Of a stretch of DNA of 64,000 nt, positions 30,283-41,184 are shown one piece after another. Both the position numbers and the translations under genes were made by a program. The DNA lies in the IMG/VR virus record IMGVR_UViG_3300003690_000003, positions 96,001-160,000 of that record; one strand, given 5' to 3'. Numbering within the stretch: position 1 is the first letter of the stretch; every line of letters starts with the position of its first letter. This DNA is from a virus. Below the pieces are notes generated by a model that was not told the origin of the DNA, made no database searches, and saw only the letters and a list, made by a program, of their open reading frames with translations.

Positions 30283-32087
30283 TAAACCACGCTTCCTTGT
30301 ATATCTACGTTTGGATACTTGATCTCAAATGCTGAATCCCTATCAGCTTTTATATATCTTCCATCGTTTGAAAGGTGTGCATCCAAATCAAAGTTAAAAT
30401 TCGAATAAGGGTCACCGCTTTTTGCTATAAGCTTCACATCTAAAACGTCTATTACGTTGGGTACTTTTTGAAGTTCTTTATAAATATCTCCAATATAAAG
30501 GTCTTCGCCAATGTCGTACGTTGTATTGATAAAGTAGGTTCTCAATCTACTGGTGGCCGTAGCTAAAGCATTGTATTTATTCTCTTCGTAATCAGTTATT
30601 ATAACAAATTCAACTCCAAAATTAACCACTTGAGCATCTAAAATATCAATCGTATCATTTATTACTTTATAACGCGACAGCCATGTTTTTAAATTTTGTT
30701 TAATGGTTGAATTAGTATTCACTAAAAATCCATTATTATCTTCCGATAAAATATACATATTAAGATTTCTTTTGAAGGAATCAAAATCACGTAAAATCGT
30801 ACATCTTTTAACAGCTCCAAAACTAGGAGGCATTGCATAAGAGATTGCCTGATAGTCCTGGATGGTCACGGCCCTGTTTTGAGTTGCATAATAACTGAAC
30901 ACGCGCTGTTTGATTTCTTCTGTTGAGGGAAGTGATACGTCACCTAGGATGGGCTCCTCATTATTAACTTCTAGAGAAGATAAAACAGTATTTCTTTTCG
31001 CTCCGTTAAGAGATCCTTCGTTTTCAAACTGTAAAATAGGAATAGCAACTGTCGTAAGAGTATTGGCTGCAATATTAACATCACTTGCGTCATTAACTCG
31101 ATAGTGAATCGTCAAGGTTGTATTTGCCGGCGCAATGCCAAACTTGTCGGTATCAGTGAGATTAGTAGGATCAAACTCCTTGTCTGTGGTATAATCGCGG
31201 CCGTGGAGTTTCAATGTAATCTTGCTTGGATCTAAAACAGATGCATTTGTTAGCTCAGTATCGCTCCCGTATCCAAACTGTAAAAATGCGTCGGTTCTGC
31301 TTCTCTCTAAAGTAAAACGTCGAATAGCTGGCACAGCCTTTAAAATCGAAGGGACACTATTTTTATCTGCATTGTTGTTTCTGATTGCTTTATAGATTAC
31401 TTCTTGGGCCAGATGTTCTACTTCAAAATATTCATGACCCTCTGAATCTGATACCGACATAATCTCCGTTACAGCCGGTGAGGCAAGCGGAACTTTCAGA
31501 AACCTTTGGTATTCGCCAATAGTTTTGGCCTCGCGTTCCATTCGGCCAGAAATAACCTTTCCGGAAGCTTTAGCCGCAAACCCAGTAGGTGAATTAGTAG
31601 TTCCATCAACGGTTGTGATTATAATTTCATTTCCGGCGGCTCCAAAATAAATATCTTCAGTGAGAGTAAATGTCTTGCCGCCCACGGAAGTAAACTGACT
31701 ACTGGCTCGAAGAGTCGGATAATAATCTGTATCTGGCGCACCTAAAGAGTCGGCCGGTACTGTAACATAAAACTGTGCTGTTCCAACAGAAGTTGCACTA
31801 TCGGTATACTTCCAACCTAATTGGCGCGCTAGCCGTACTACATTATCATATTCTAAAGCACTATCCAAAAAAGACTCATTCACTTGATAATCCAAATAAA
31901 ATGATAAAATATCTCCTATATAAGAAACCGAATCTAATACGAGCGATCCAAAGCCTGCCTCATTGAAATCCTTAAAACTCTCAGGATAATAACGCTTTGC
32001 GTATCCCACCAGTTCCGTTTTAATCGATTCAAAATCCCGACTAGTATAGTTTACTGCTTTTATTTTCTTTCTAGAGTTTGAAGGCAT
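30282..32087 (-). CDS. Baseplate wedge protein (T4 gp6 / baseplate J-like)
   Basis: NYTSRDFESIK...DFNEAGFGSLVLD..SYIGDILSFYLDYQVNESFL, LQFGYG, QNRAVTIQDY; directly follows the gp25-like gene. Confidence 0.9.
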   Translation of the reverse strand: MPSNSRKKIKAVNYTSRDFESIKTELVGYAKRYYPESFKDFNEAGFGSLVLDSVSYIGDILSFYLDYQVNESFLDSALEYDNVVRLARQLGWKYTDSATSVGTAQFYVTVPADSLGAPDTDYYPTLRASSQFTSVGGKTFTLTEDIYFGAAGNEIIITTVDGTTNSPTGFAAKASGKVISGRMEREAKTIGEYQRFLKVPLASPAVTEIMSVSDSEGHEYFEVEHLAQEVIYKAIRNNNADKNSVPSILKAVPAIRRFTLERSRTDAFLQFGYGSDTELTNASVLDPSKITLKLHGRDYTTDKEFDPTNLTDTDKFGIAPANTTLTIHYRVNDASDVNIAANTLTTVAIPILQFENEGSLNGAKRNTVLSSLEVNNEEPILGDVSLPSTEEIKQRVFSYYATQNRAVTIQDYQAISYAMPPSFGAVKRCTILRDFDSFKRNLNMYILSEDNNGFLVNTNSTIKQNLKTWLSRYKVINDTIDILDAQVVNFGVEFVIITDYEENKYNALATATSRLRTYFINTTYDIGEDLYIGDIYKELQKVPNVIDVLDVKLIAKSGDPYSNFNFDLDAHLSNDGRYIKADRDSAFEIKYPNVDIQGSVV

Positions 32088-32103
32088 TTTATATCTCCCT
32101 ATA

Positions 32104-32499
32104 TTAGATTCCAGATTCGCTTTCTAGTATATCTACCCGGTCAGTATCTTGAAGGGGAATGATTGTATATCTAACAGAAACTCCCAAAACATTAGGATTG
32201 CCTCTCATATCATCACCACTGTGAAAATCAACATGGTTTACCGTAACAAAAGGCATATATTTCTTTACCTGAGCGTTAATCTTTTCACTTATTTCTCCAT
32301 AGGTGGCTCCTGTCATAGGTTCAAAAAAATAAGATCGCAAACCGATACCAAAATGAATATCCATAACGCGCTCGCCTTGGTTTGTTAGCAGTAAATTTTT
32401 CAAGTTTTGCTTAATCATTTCTTTATAGGTGATATTCAAATTATAAAAACCAAACTGATCATCATATCGAAGAGGAAATTTTGGTGACAAGCCTTTCAT
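32104..32499 (-). CDS. Baseplate wedge / sheath initiator (T4 gp25-like)
   Basis: IKQNLKNLLLTNQGERVMDIHFGIGL..YFFEP; 131 aa. Confidence 0.92.
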   Translation of the reverse strand: MKGLSPKFPLRYDDQFGFYNLNITYKEMIKQNLKNLLLTNQGERVMDIHFGIGLRSYFFEPMTGATYGEISEKINAQVKKYMPFVTVNHVDFHSGDDMRGNPNVLGVSVRYTIIPLQDTDRVDILESESGI

Positions 32500-32504
32500 A
32501 TCTT

Positions 32505-32535
32505 TAACCTTTTTAATTAGTTATGTAAAAAGTTA
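32505..32535 (-). promoter_or_regulatory. CTAATTAA motif in an RBS-occluding hairpin upstream of the gp25-like gene
   Basis: Minus strand reads TAACTTTTTA-CATAACTAAT-TAAAAAGGTTA (10 bp with one bulge). The 14-mer CTAATTAAAAAGGT is identical to 5660-5673. Confidence 0.55.
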
Positions 32536-32594
32536 TTTGGTACATTTATAAATAGAGATCGGTGCATAAGTCTATTAAAAAAACTTATTGTTAT

Positions 32595-35500
32595 TTATGT
32601 ACAATCTATCGGATCAAGACCTCCACCTCCATCTGTGGTATCGGATACATCATCTATCTCTGCTTCGATTCGGTCAGGTTCTTCCTCACAACTATAAGTC
32701 GATGAAGGCTCCCGCGGTTCTGGCGGAGGTCCAAGTTGTGGAGGTGCAGGGGCGGGGAGGGAAGGACACTGTTGTACGGCGTCCACAAGAGCTGGATTAA
32801 ACTCTCCTTCTGGCGGATATCCTTCAAAAAGCCTTAAAAGAATGTATATTATACCCAAAGGCCCCGGAGGTAATGCAAATATATAAGGTATTGTTCCTAT
32901 TAAATTTAAGCCGTCAGGACTTACAGATGGTCGAATAAACTTCGGTGCATTACCAAATTTCTCTGCAATCCTGTTATCCATAAACTCTACCAAATCGAAC
33001 TCCGCTATTTCTTCAGCGGCCGCTTCCTGTTCCGCTAGCGCTGCTGCCACAGCGCCGCCAGCTTGCGCAAGATCTGTGACTCTGCTGGCCTGCTCGATTA
33101 TCTGCCCGCTAACGTCTTTAATAATCTTTCCAACTACTACGTGAGGATCAATCATTTCCGCAAGTCCTTTAAGAATCCGTATGGGGGTTTCTATAAGCAT
33201 CTTTAATATAAAAGATTGCCCCATCTCTGCAAATGGTTCACCAAACGCTGCACCAATACCCAACATTGCATCGGCAAGAGCATCCGAAGAGGCTCGGCTT
33301 TCAGGATCTGTAAACGCATAATCATCTCCTGCTAAGGCCGCTCTCAGTATCATTCGAAGCGATATTTTGGTATCATTAAACATGGTTGTAAAGTCACCAG
33401 ATAGCATATCGGCAGAACGAAGTCCAATCGTAAACAAAAACTGCATTAGAGCATCACTATCATATGCGGGTGATGGCATCTGGTAGCCCGGGTTCTTAAA
33501 TAGCTTTTTGTATCCTTCATCGTTTACAATCTGATTTGCCACCTGAGTTCCATAACTAAGTTGAGTGCGGGTATCTCTAAGGAACGGCCTTACTACATCA
33601 TACATCCGAGTATCGACATATTTACTTTCCTGGGCGCCTCCACGTCTTTGAATATCGCGAGATCGCGCTGATATATCAAGAGATCCCACTGTTCCTGCGA
33701 GGGAAACTTCCCCCTTAATTCCTGTATCAACTCCCCATATCCGGCCGGTGTTGGTCGCTCCTGGATCCGCGCTCTGTATAATCCAGTTGGACTTAGTTTT
33801 ATAATAATGCTGTCTATACTTGTTATTTACCGGCTGTGGAGGAGGTGTGTCGGGCGGTGCATATTCAGTACCCGGGCAGCCGCGGCCGGCCAGCAGCGCC
33901 AGATCGACACCCAGGCCGATGTATTGATCGATCGTAGCTGAGCTGAGACATTCTGGGACTTCCTGCTGAACAGGAGTACCTGGTGCCACAGTCGCAGCGA
34001 CGAGTTCTCTCATCACCGGGTGTTCGAGAGACATTTTTGGAGAGTAATAAGCTATCCTTGACCCCATCCGAATATCTTTAAGTACATGTGTTATTGTATT
34101 ATCATAAGATTTATCGCCAGTTAAATACCCAGTTGAAGAGGGCCACCTTGCCTCATCCGGAGAGAAATCAGGCCCAAGCAAATCCGCTGCTGCCTCCATA
34201 AGAGCCCTAAACATTTGAGCCTCAGTCATCGCCTGGAGTTGCTGGGCACCCGGGGCTGGGCCGGGGTCATTGCTGGTTCCAGTAGAATTACCCAGCATTG
34301 CCTGAAACTCATCCCACTTCATGTCCCTAATTTGTTCCTCCATCGCTACCTGGCGCTCGCCATCCTGGCTAACAAGCCATATATCTACAACCTCGAAGTC
34401 TCCACTGGCTAGCCCCGGCAAGCTTGGACACTTCGAAGGATCCGAGGGGCCCGGGCCAACGCGGGGATCTTGACACCTCAACTGACTACCCGGAGATTTA
34501 TGCCATTTAAAGGGAACACTAATATCGCCGTGTGGTGTCCTGCGGCCCTTATATGCTGGGTGGTGGCGCTGTTCGTCGTCGTGGCCGGAGCTGGGAGTGG
34601 AGGGGTAATCACTCGCGTTCCAAAAGACTTTATCCCATCCCCATCGATGCGGCGGCGCAATAGTATTGTTGGCATAACCTAACTGTAACTTTGCTTGAAG
34701 TAACTTATCCGGTAAGTATGTACTCGCAACTTCTACGCGCCGGTCGATCTCGGTAACAGCATAATCTACATCTCCAGAAATGCCGCCATTGCCTGTATAT
34801 TGTGCCCAGTCTTCATGAGGTTCGTTAAGCTCGTTGATCATGGAGGGATATTGAAAAAATCTAACTGCCCAGTCGGCATACCCATCTCCATCCGCATCCC
34901 CTTCCTGCACCGCTGGCCAATCAACACCAGCAGGACCGAGATCATTGCCCGAACCAATCCCATCATGCCACCTTCGACCATAACCAAGAAGTGTCCAGGT
35001 CGGGTATCCTGTCCAAACAGCTTCGTTATAATCGCTGGGGTATAAGTCATTTTTACGCAAACGATATTGAATATCTCCCGTTCCTAGCGAGGTGATCGTG
35101 TTCCTTGCGGGGGCCTCGGCCTCGCCGTAGCCGGGGCCGGTACGTGGCTTGTCTACTTTCCACCAATAAACCGTTATCCTGTTATGAAGATCATCATATC
35201 GATTGCTTGATTCTACTATTTGATCAGATATCCAATCTTTTCTATACATATAGCGGCTGGCAGCCCATCCGCCGGTGCGAGCAGCTTCAGTAAGATGAGC
35301 ATTGCCGCCCGGGGTCATCGAACCCCCGGGTTGCTGGTCGAGATCCCAGGGATCGTCCATAGTGCCATTAGCTACGAACGGATATATAAGAGGCGTCGTA
35401 GCTTCAACAGAGAGAGACGTTTGAGAGTGCTGAAACCCAAGACCGACGCCCCCGGCGGTGTGGCCGATCTGGCGCGTCCAGCTCCAAACCGACGGCAGTC

Positions 35501-38500
35501 CTAGGTGTTTGATTACCTTGCGCCGGAAAGAGCTGCCGCCCTCTTCAAATAAATCTCCCTCGAAGGCCACGTCTACACCGCCCGCGGGGATCGTAGTGGG
35601 ATCCTGGTGGTCACCGCCGTACCAGCCGCTGCGATCCATATAAGTACCGGGGCCTCGTCCGGCGATGTCGTCTTGAAGGTTTGCTTGCGCGGAATCGGGT
35701 TGGCGTACTTCATTCCACCAAAACCTAATTGCATCATAATTGTTTTTTCGTATCGGTCCTCGAACAGCATGATAGTATTCTCGCCCCGCTACCTTCTCGG
35801 CGTGGCCTGGCTTGCCGCAGTTAGCAGTCTCACAACCTAGCCCAAGATTAATCCCTTTTTTATCACCGGCATGCCGGTGATCGTATGAACCATTGCCGGC
35901 CCTGCCTTTCCAGTAATACCAGGGACTCTCATGCTGTATGGTTCTTACTATATACATCACTGATACACTGTCCAGGCTAGTATCAGGTTTTGTATCACTA
36001 GCCCGAACGGTATTAACAAATGTATTAAATCGATCGATACTAACGACCATATCATTCCAGTTTGACGCATAAGTATATTCGCCCTCTTGGGTCGATGTAT
36101 CAAACGGAATAGGTAAAAGTTTATCCATCCATTCTTTAATCTGGCCGGCGCGACGCAGGTTCTCCTCTGCCATCATCGCGGCCTTAACGGCGTTATCTGC
36201 TTCTACCGAACCTGCTATGGGGGTTCCGGCAAGCATATTGTTTAGATTATCCATATTTACAGCTAGTTTAATATAGTTTTCGCGAACAAACACACCATGG
36301 TTTGCGGCCAAAAGAGCCTCATCCTCCGATATTGTATCAGACATAACCCCGGGGTATCGCAAAGATGTTCCATAATTATAGTCCACTTCCCTGGCGGCCG
36401 TTATTGTCTCAACTCCTTGCTGGTCCGTTGTTGTTATCTCTGGCTCTTCAAGTTCCCATGTAAATATATCTCCCCAGCCGGAGGCCCTTTTTAACTGTGG
36501 TTTAATCGGAGCCGAAGGATTGACTGTAAGTGGGAAATCAAGAACATCGGAAGTTGGCAATCCATACAATAAGAAAGAGGTGTCAGCGCCGGCGGTCTGC
36601 TTCCCAAACGCGGTATTAATAATATCTGCCATTTTGACTAATCTTTTGCGAATCACATATTCTAGAGCATATTTGCCATATGTGTCATTTAGCATAACCG
36701 TTGTTAGATCGACCGCTTCTTCGCGAGGTCCCGCAGCATCGATCGCTGCCATCACATCGAGCGGGATTATTTCAGGAGCTCCATCTGGATCTGTCGGATT
36801 TGGAAGATGTCTTCCGGGGTCCAGTTCGTGGGCTGATGACTGGGCGCGAATTCTGAGCTTATCAACATGCATTATTGATGCTTTAGTCAATGCTATTAAC
36901 ATTTGTCTTTCTAGCCTGTCCTCTCTTCCCTCGTTGGCGTCTAAGGGCATTGTCGATGTAGCGCCAATGCTACCATATATTGCTTCAATAATGTTCGTTC
37001 TAACAAACTCACCACTAAGCCAATCGGCATCTAGCCCGTATGCATCAAGCAAAAAGATATTTTTAAGAAGTTGTTCTAATAAAAGAACCTGCACATAGGC
37101 ATTCAGGACTGCATAAATTAGCGCATCCTCGACCGGTCCTATCACACAAGTTTTATCTGTACACGAGTTTTCTTCAAACTCGTTTAAAGCTTCTTGAATA
37201 ATACCATCAATATCTAACAAATCATTACCAAATGTAGCACCATTGGGACATGGTATGGGTACTAATGATAGTTTTTTAAGCTCTCCTACACTAAAAAGCT
37301 TTGAATTTCGCACATTATATGCTAGTGAATTAAACAAAGATATATATGCTGAAAAATATAAGGACTTCTTACAGGCCTGCCTTAATAACGTTGGATCCTG
37401 CTCGAAGCCGGTACTCCCGGGACCAATAGGAGGATTGTAAAGCTCAAAAGTGGAAATATAATGATCAAATACGGATGATTCAAAAGCAGATGCTAAAAAT
37501 TCTCGACCGTCACAAGAGAATTGAAAGTTATCACCTCCGTCTGCGCACTGGTAAGTGGCGGAGGCGCCCTCCGCGGGTACCGGGTATCTTTCAATCCCCG
37601 TCTCAGTTGTATAGGTTAAGGGAAACAGAGAGGCGGCCGACCCTGCCGGTACTTGTCCGGGGGAAAAATAGATATAAGAGCTTAACTCCGGATTATTATA
37701 ATCTATTATAAGAATAGAGAAATACATATTATTGTAATCGGGGAGCGGGTTGAGCGAGACACTTGAATTATTACTAAGCCATGGAGAACTAATATTACGA
37801 TCCAAACCGGCTAAGTTGTCTTTATACCCCGGGGCAACGTTGTATGTGATGGATATACCAGCACAAGCGGAACCCCGGCCTGAATCAGTAGCTTCGAATA
37901 GTCTTGCTATCCCAGCAATTTGAGGATTGCTCATTAATCGTGAAGGGAACAAACTCATTAACTGTTCTCCGGGAGGATCTCGATCAGACTCAGTCAGCGC
38001 ACCTTCGTCGTCGCGCGGGCTCGGAGGAGTGGGAAGAGCGCCGGCTTCTTCCAAAGCATCCATAAGCGCCGCATTTTCTGTACTGCATCCGGGTGTAGGT
38101 ACAAGCAATATATCTCTTAACAAAGAAATATCACGTATAAAGGCAGTTTTTGGTATATCAAAAAGACCAGTAAACATGGTAGTAATAGAGTGATTGAGTG
38201 CCGGCATGCTTGCAAAGGCCGGTACTACTCCAGCTCCACAGCCCAAATCAGGAATAGCCCCGTCCATCAAACCGGCCCCATTGTCATAAGCGTCCAAAAG
38301 AGCATCAAAAATACTGGGGTCTACGGCCTCCGTTAACATCTCTTCTATGGTACAGGGATCCAGGTCATCGACGTTAATGGGCGGCTCGGCATATACTGAT
38401 TCACAATAATCATTTGAAACACAGCCCCCCACGCATATAAAAAAATCTACTATTCGTGCATCATTAAAAAGTATCGCACTCAAAGAGGTATTGCCCCCTT

Positions 38501-40175
38501 CTAAAAAGTCGGGTTCTGTGCTCAATATATTCTTAATAACTTCCACTACTCTTTCAGAGGCAGCTCCATTAATTAAATCGCATGTTTCACGAGGTGTTAT
38601 ATTCTGCGCCACCTTCGCTAAAAATGAATCGCCTGTTTCAGAAACTATATTAAACTCTTCGTAACAAGATTCAAGGCATGCTTGAATGTTGGGTTCATCC
38701 TTGGCGATCCGTGTAGGTTGCGGATAAAGATCGATTAAAGAATTGATAGGAATTGCCTCTCCAACTTCTTCTTCATCTTGGCCGCGGCAAAGCTCAACAA
38801 TTATATCTGCGAGTGTTTGAGTTACTGCTAGTAACGCATCATAGGCGGCATCTATTAGTCCTTGTTTAATTTCTTCTACTATGCCTTTGGCGATATCAAC
38901 AGTAGGAAGATCGATTTCTATTTTAGGAATTTTGAGAATAAGCGGTTTTGGCATTATATCATAAGGATTAAGGCCCGGGATGGGAGGAAGCGTTCGGAGG
39001 GTCCACCCGGATTTTATAGCCAAACATTCTAAGGCCGCCATGATCAGATTATCAATTCCGTACTTGTTTATAAACTCTTGAACTATTTCAACTTTTGCTT
39101 CAGCGTCCTTCATCTTTTCGGCGACTTTTTGAAGCTTCTTTTCCATCTTCTTTCTTTCAGGATCTTTTTCCATGGCCTGACGAAGCATGGCTAGCTGTAC
39201 TACTGGGTCTTTAAGTTTCTTCTTGTTTTCTTCTTCGGTTTCCTTATCTATAAAGGGTTTTTGGCCCTTTTTCTGCTCATTTTCTTCGGTAGGAGAGTGG
39301 GGGCGCCCAAAAAAGTTAACTTCTACATTTGGCAAAAACTTAGCTATAAACTCCGACCACGTAGGAATTTGTCTACTTGTTTTAAGCCGATGTATTTTAT
39401 GAAGCTGAAACAATAATCGATTGACGCGTGGATCTTTTAACCCTGGTGTGTCATATAAAAAATACGTTTTCCCCTTTATAAGAGGTTTATCTAATCCGCG
39501 TTGAACCAGCGTAATATTAGTAATTTGATATGAACTATCAAATGCAATGCGTATTTTATCGTCCTCATAAGGTCGATATTTAAAGTCATTAAACTCAATA
39601 AATAATTTTATTTTCTTTACCGCGGCAAGAAGTTTGTTATAATCTTGTATAAAATTAACCGATGGTTTTGTGCTTCCCTCAAAATATTTACTCTGACTCT
39701 GGAAACCGTTAAACATAGTCGAAATATCAGCTACTTGTCTATCGAACTTAGATGTTCGATATTCTTCAACGTATATTGAAGAAGCCGCAGTATCGATCTT
39801 CTTCGGCGCTCCATCAACAACGCTTTTCTCAATAGAAAAAAGTAGAAGAGGGCGTGTCATTGGACGCGTAAAAAAGTGATAAGCCTCTCCAGTAGCGCTT
39901 GGCATCGGGGATGGAGCAGCCGCGGCTAATGGAAGTTCTTTGCCATAAAAATCATATATTTTTAGGACTGCTGACGCTTTTACAGGAATCGATGTTTCCC
40001 ATAGGGTTCCCGGTAGTGCCAAAAGATCATAATAATCTGCTTCAGAAAGTGTTCGATCTAACGTTTCCCCCCTAATCACTATTTTAATTAAGTCGCCCTC
40101 TACCCAAGGCCTGCCAACTTGACGCGCATACCATTTTCTTTGATTTAAAAGGTTCTCTCGGACTCGTGAGCTCAT
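32595..40175 (-). CDS. Very large hypothetical virion-associated protein (2526 aa)
   Basis: Uninterrupted ORF with an SD, between the spike-like and gp25-like genes; helical, Cys-containing flanks and a compositionally distinct centre. Confidence 0.55.
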   Translation of the reverse strand: MSSRVRENLLNQRKWYARQVGRPWVEGDLIKIVIRGETLDRTLSEADYYDLLALPGTLWETSIPVKASAVLKIYDFYGKELPLAAAAPSPMPSATGEAYHFFTRPMTRPLLLFSIEKSVVDGAPKKIDTAASSIYVEEYRTSKFDRQVADISTMFNGFQSQSKYFEGSTKPSVNFIQDYNKLLAAVKKIKLFIEFNDFKYRPYEDDKIRIAFDSSYQITNITLVQRGLDKPLIKGKTYFLYDTPGLKDPRVNRLLFQLHKIHRLKTSRQIPTWSEFIAKFLPNVEVNFFGRPHSPTEENEQKKGQKPFIDKETEEENKKKLKDPVVQLAMLRQAMEKDPERKKMEKKLQKVAEKMKDAEAKVEIVQEFINKYGIDNLIMAALECLAIKSGWTLRTLPPIPGLNPYDIMPKPLILKIPKIEIDLPTVDIAKGIVEEIKQGLIDAAYDALLAVTQTLADIIVELCRGQDEEEVGEAIPINSLIDLYPQPTRIAKDEPNIQACLESCYEEFNIVSETGDSFLAKVAQNITPRETCDLINGAASERVVEVIKNILSTEPDFLEGGNTSLSAILFNDARIVDFFICVGGCVSNDYCESVYAEPPINVDDLDPCTIEEMLTEAVDPSIFDALLDAYDNGAGLMDGAIPDLGCGAGVVPAFASMPALNHSITTMFTGLFDIPKTAFIRDISLLRDILLVPTPGCSTENAALMDALEEAGALPTPPSPRDDEGALTESDRDPPGEQLMSLFPSRLMSNPQIAGIARLFEATDSGRGSACAGISITYNVAPGYKDNLAGLDRNISSPWLSNNSSVSLNPLPDYNNMYFSILIIDYNNPELSSYIYFSPGQVPAGSAASLFPLTYTTETGIERYPVPAEGASATYQCADGGDNFQFSCDGREFLASAFESSVFDHYISTFELYNPPIGPGSTGFEQDPTLLRQACKKSLYFSAYISLFNSLAYNVRNSKLFSVGELKKLSLVPIPCPNGATFGNDLLDIDGIIQEALNEFEENSCTDKTCVIGPVEDALIYAVLNAYVQVLLLEQLLKNIFLLDAYGLDADWLSGEFVRTNIIEAIYGSIGATSTMPLDANEGREDRLERQMLIALTKASIMHVDKLRIRAQSSAHELDPGRHLPNPTDPDGAPEIIPLDVMAAIDAAGPREEAVDLTTVMLNDTYGKYALEYVIRKRLVKMADIINTAFGKQTAGADTSFLLYGLPTSDVLDFPLTVNPSAPIKPQLKRASGWGDIFTWELEEPEITTTDQQGVETITAAREVDYNYGTSLRYPGVMSDTISEDEALLAANHGVFVRENYIKLAVNMDNLNNMLAGTPIAGSVEADNAVKAAMMAEENLRRAGQIKEWMDKLLPIPFDTSTQEGEYTYASNWNDMVVSIDRFNTFVNTVRASDTKPDTSLDSVSVMYIVRTIQHESPWYYWKGRAGNGSYDHRHAGDKKGINLGLGCETANCGKPGHAEKVAGREYYHAVRGPIRKNNYDAIRFWWNEVRQPDSAQANLQDDIAGRGPGTYMDRSGWYGGDHQDPTTIPAGGVDVAFEGDLFEEGGSSFRRKVIKHLGLPSVWSWTRQIGHTAGGVGLGFQHSQTSLSVEATTPLIYPFVANGTMDDPWDLDQQPGGSMTPGGNAHLTEAARTGGWAASRYMYRKDWISDQIVESSNRYDDLHNRITVYWWKVDKPRTGPGYGEAEAPARNTITSLGTGDIQYRLRKNDLYPSDYNEAVWTGYPTWTLLGYGRRWHDGIGSGNDLGPAGVDWPAVQEGDADGDGYADWAVRFFQYPSMINELNEPHEDWAQYTGNGGISGDVDYAVTEIDRRVEVASTYLPDKLLQAKLQLGYANNTIAPPHRWGWDKVFWNASDYPSTPSSGHDDEQRHHPAYKGRRTPHGDISVPFKWHKSPGSQLRCQDPRVGPGPSDPSKCPSLPGLASGDFEVVDIWLVSQDGERQVAMEEQIRDMKWDEFQAMLGNSTGTSNDPGPAPGAQQLQAMTEAQMFRALMEAAADLLGPDFSPDEARWPSSTGYLTGDKSYDNTITHVLKDIRMGSRIAYYSPKMSLEHPVMRELVAATVAPGTPVQQEVPECLSSATIDQYIGLGVDLALLAGRGCPGTEYAPPDTPPPQPVNNKYRQHYYKTKSNWIIQSADPGATNTGRIWGVDTGIKGEVSLAGTVGSLDISARSRDIQRRGGAQESKYVDTRMYDVVRPFLRDTRTQLSYGTQVANQIVNDEGYKKLFKNPGYQMPSPAYDSDALMQFLFTIGLRSADMLSGDFTTMFNDTKISLRMILRAALAGDDYAFTDPESRASSDALADAMLGIGAAFGEPFAEMGQSFILKMLIETPIRILKGLAEMIDPHVVVGKIIKDVSGQIIEQASRVTDLAQAGGAVAAALAEQEAAAEEIAEFDLVEFMDNRIAEKFGNAPKFIRPSVSPDGLNLIGTIPYIFALPPGPLGIIYILLRLFEGYPPEGEFNPALVDAVQQCPSLPAPAPPQLGPPPEPREPSSTYSCEEEPDRIEAEIDDVSDTTDGGGGLDPIDCT

Positions 40176-40189
40176 TTAATATCCTTTTC

Positions 40190-41173
40190 TTAGTTTGTAG
40201 TGTTGTAATCGCTACAAATAAAAGATTCAAATCCTTCTTTTAAATAATTATTTTCCCACATTGACATATTAGTCATATGTGAGACAATGGATAATTCTGT
40301 TTGAGCCGTTTGTTGTACAATCGCCTTGATCGCATCTGCTATCATATCGGTGCTTGGCGAGGTAGATTGTCCATAAAAAGGAGATTTATGAGTATGAGAT
40401 GCAACTTTCTGATTCATTGATCTTTGATATTTTAAGAACGAGTATACTATTTCTCTCAAATCTTCAACCTGTTCACCCAACTTAAGAAGCGCATTTTTTA
40501 GATTAGTTCCTTTTACAAGCGGCTGAGAATCCGGATCGGGGCCCGGGCCTGCAATCAGATCAATACCGCTTATTCCTAGAACACGTTCGCCTCTAGCATC
40601 TCTTGCGTCTTGACTGGTAACAAGTTTGATACCTCCTCGCGACACGAGGCGGATTTGATCTGCTTTAAGAGCAATCGCCGAAGCCGCAATCGCATTTCCC
40701 ACTTTGCCATCTGGAAGCTCAAAATAGTCATCAATGTCTGCTTTTTGACTAATATAAATACGCGCAGCATCAATCTTAAAATCCGGATTTACTTTTATCG
40801 GGTTACCATCATCATCTCGTTCGCGAACATAAGATCCCATGCGCCCTACAACTAAATCTATTGCACCTACCTGAGTGTGCCCCTTCCCCCCGTATCCTGT
40901 TACTGTCGCGCCAGGACGATCGCTTCCCAATACTAACCACGCATTTCGGCTATTATTGAATACTCGATCGCTTATAAGTTCATTATATAAAGGAACCGGT
41001 TCTATAGAACGATTACCAGCAATCCCCGACTTCTCAAACTTAAGATCATCCGGAGCATTAATATAAGCTTCTAGTCTCTGCGGATTGGCAAAATCTAAAG
41101 CGACATTTTTATCGGGCCTAGGAGCTAAATATTTAGTCTTCTCGCCTACAAAATCGTCATTTTCACTGCTCAT
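40190..41173 (-). CDS. Putative baseplate spike component
   Basis: Short beta-strand repeats (IALKADQIRLVSRGGIKLVT), PLVKG, and an HxH motif (ASHTH) as in gpV/gp138-type spikes; baseplate context. Confidence 0.45.
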   Translation of the reverse strand: MSSENDDFVGEKTKYLAPRPDKNVALDFANPQRLEAYINAPDDLKFEKSGIAGNRSIEPVPLYNELISDRVFNNSRNAWLVLGSDRPGATVTGYGGKGHTQVGAIDLVVGRMGSYVRERDDDGNPIKVNPDFKIDAARIYISQKADIDDYFELPDGKVGNAIAASAIALKADQIRLVSRGGIKLVTSQDARDARGERVLGISGIDLIAGPGPDPDSQPLVKGTNLKNALLKLGEQVEDLREIVYSFLKYQRSMNQKVASHTHKSPFYGQSTSPSTDMIADAIKAIVQQTAQTELSIVSHMTNMSMWENNYLKEGFESFICSDYNTTN

Positions 41174-41184
41174 TCATTTTCCCT

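Noticed and set aside
36520-37098. 192-aa plus-strand ORF and the many other plus-strand ORFs in the track
   Set aside because: They lie antisense to long minus-strand genes and show no recognisable motifs; treated as shadow ORFs.
16439-40175. Inteins, introns or diversity-generating retroelement targets in the giant ORFs
   Set aside because: I saw no intein terminal motifs, homing endonuclease, reverse transcriptase or near-identical TR/VR repeat pair.
32595-40175. Tape measure protein assignment
   Set aside because: No periodic repeats or tail tube/chaperone context in the window, and the Cys/Pro-rich composition is atypical.
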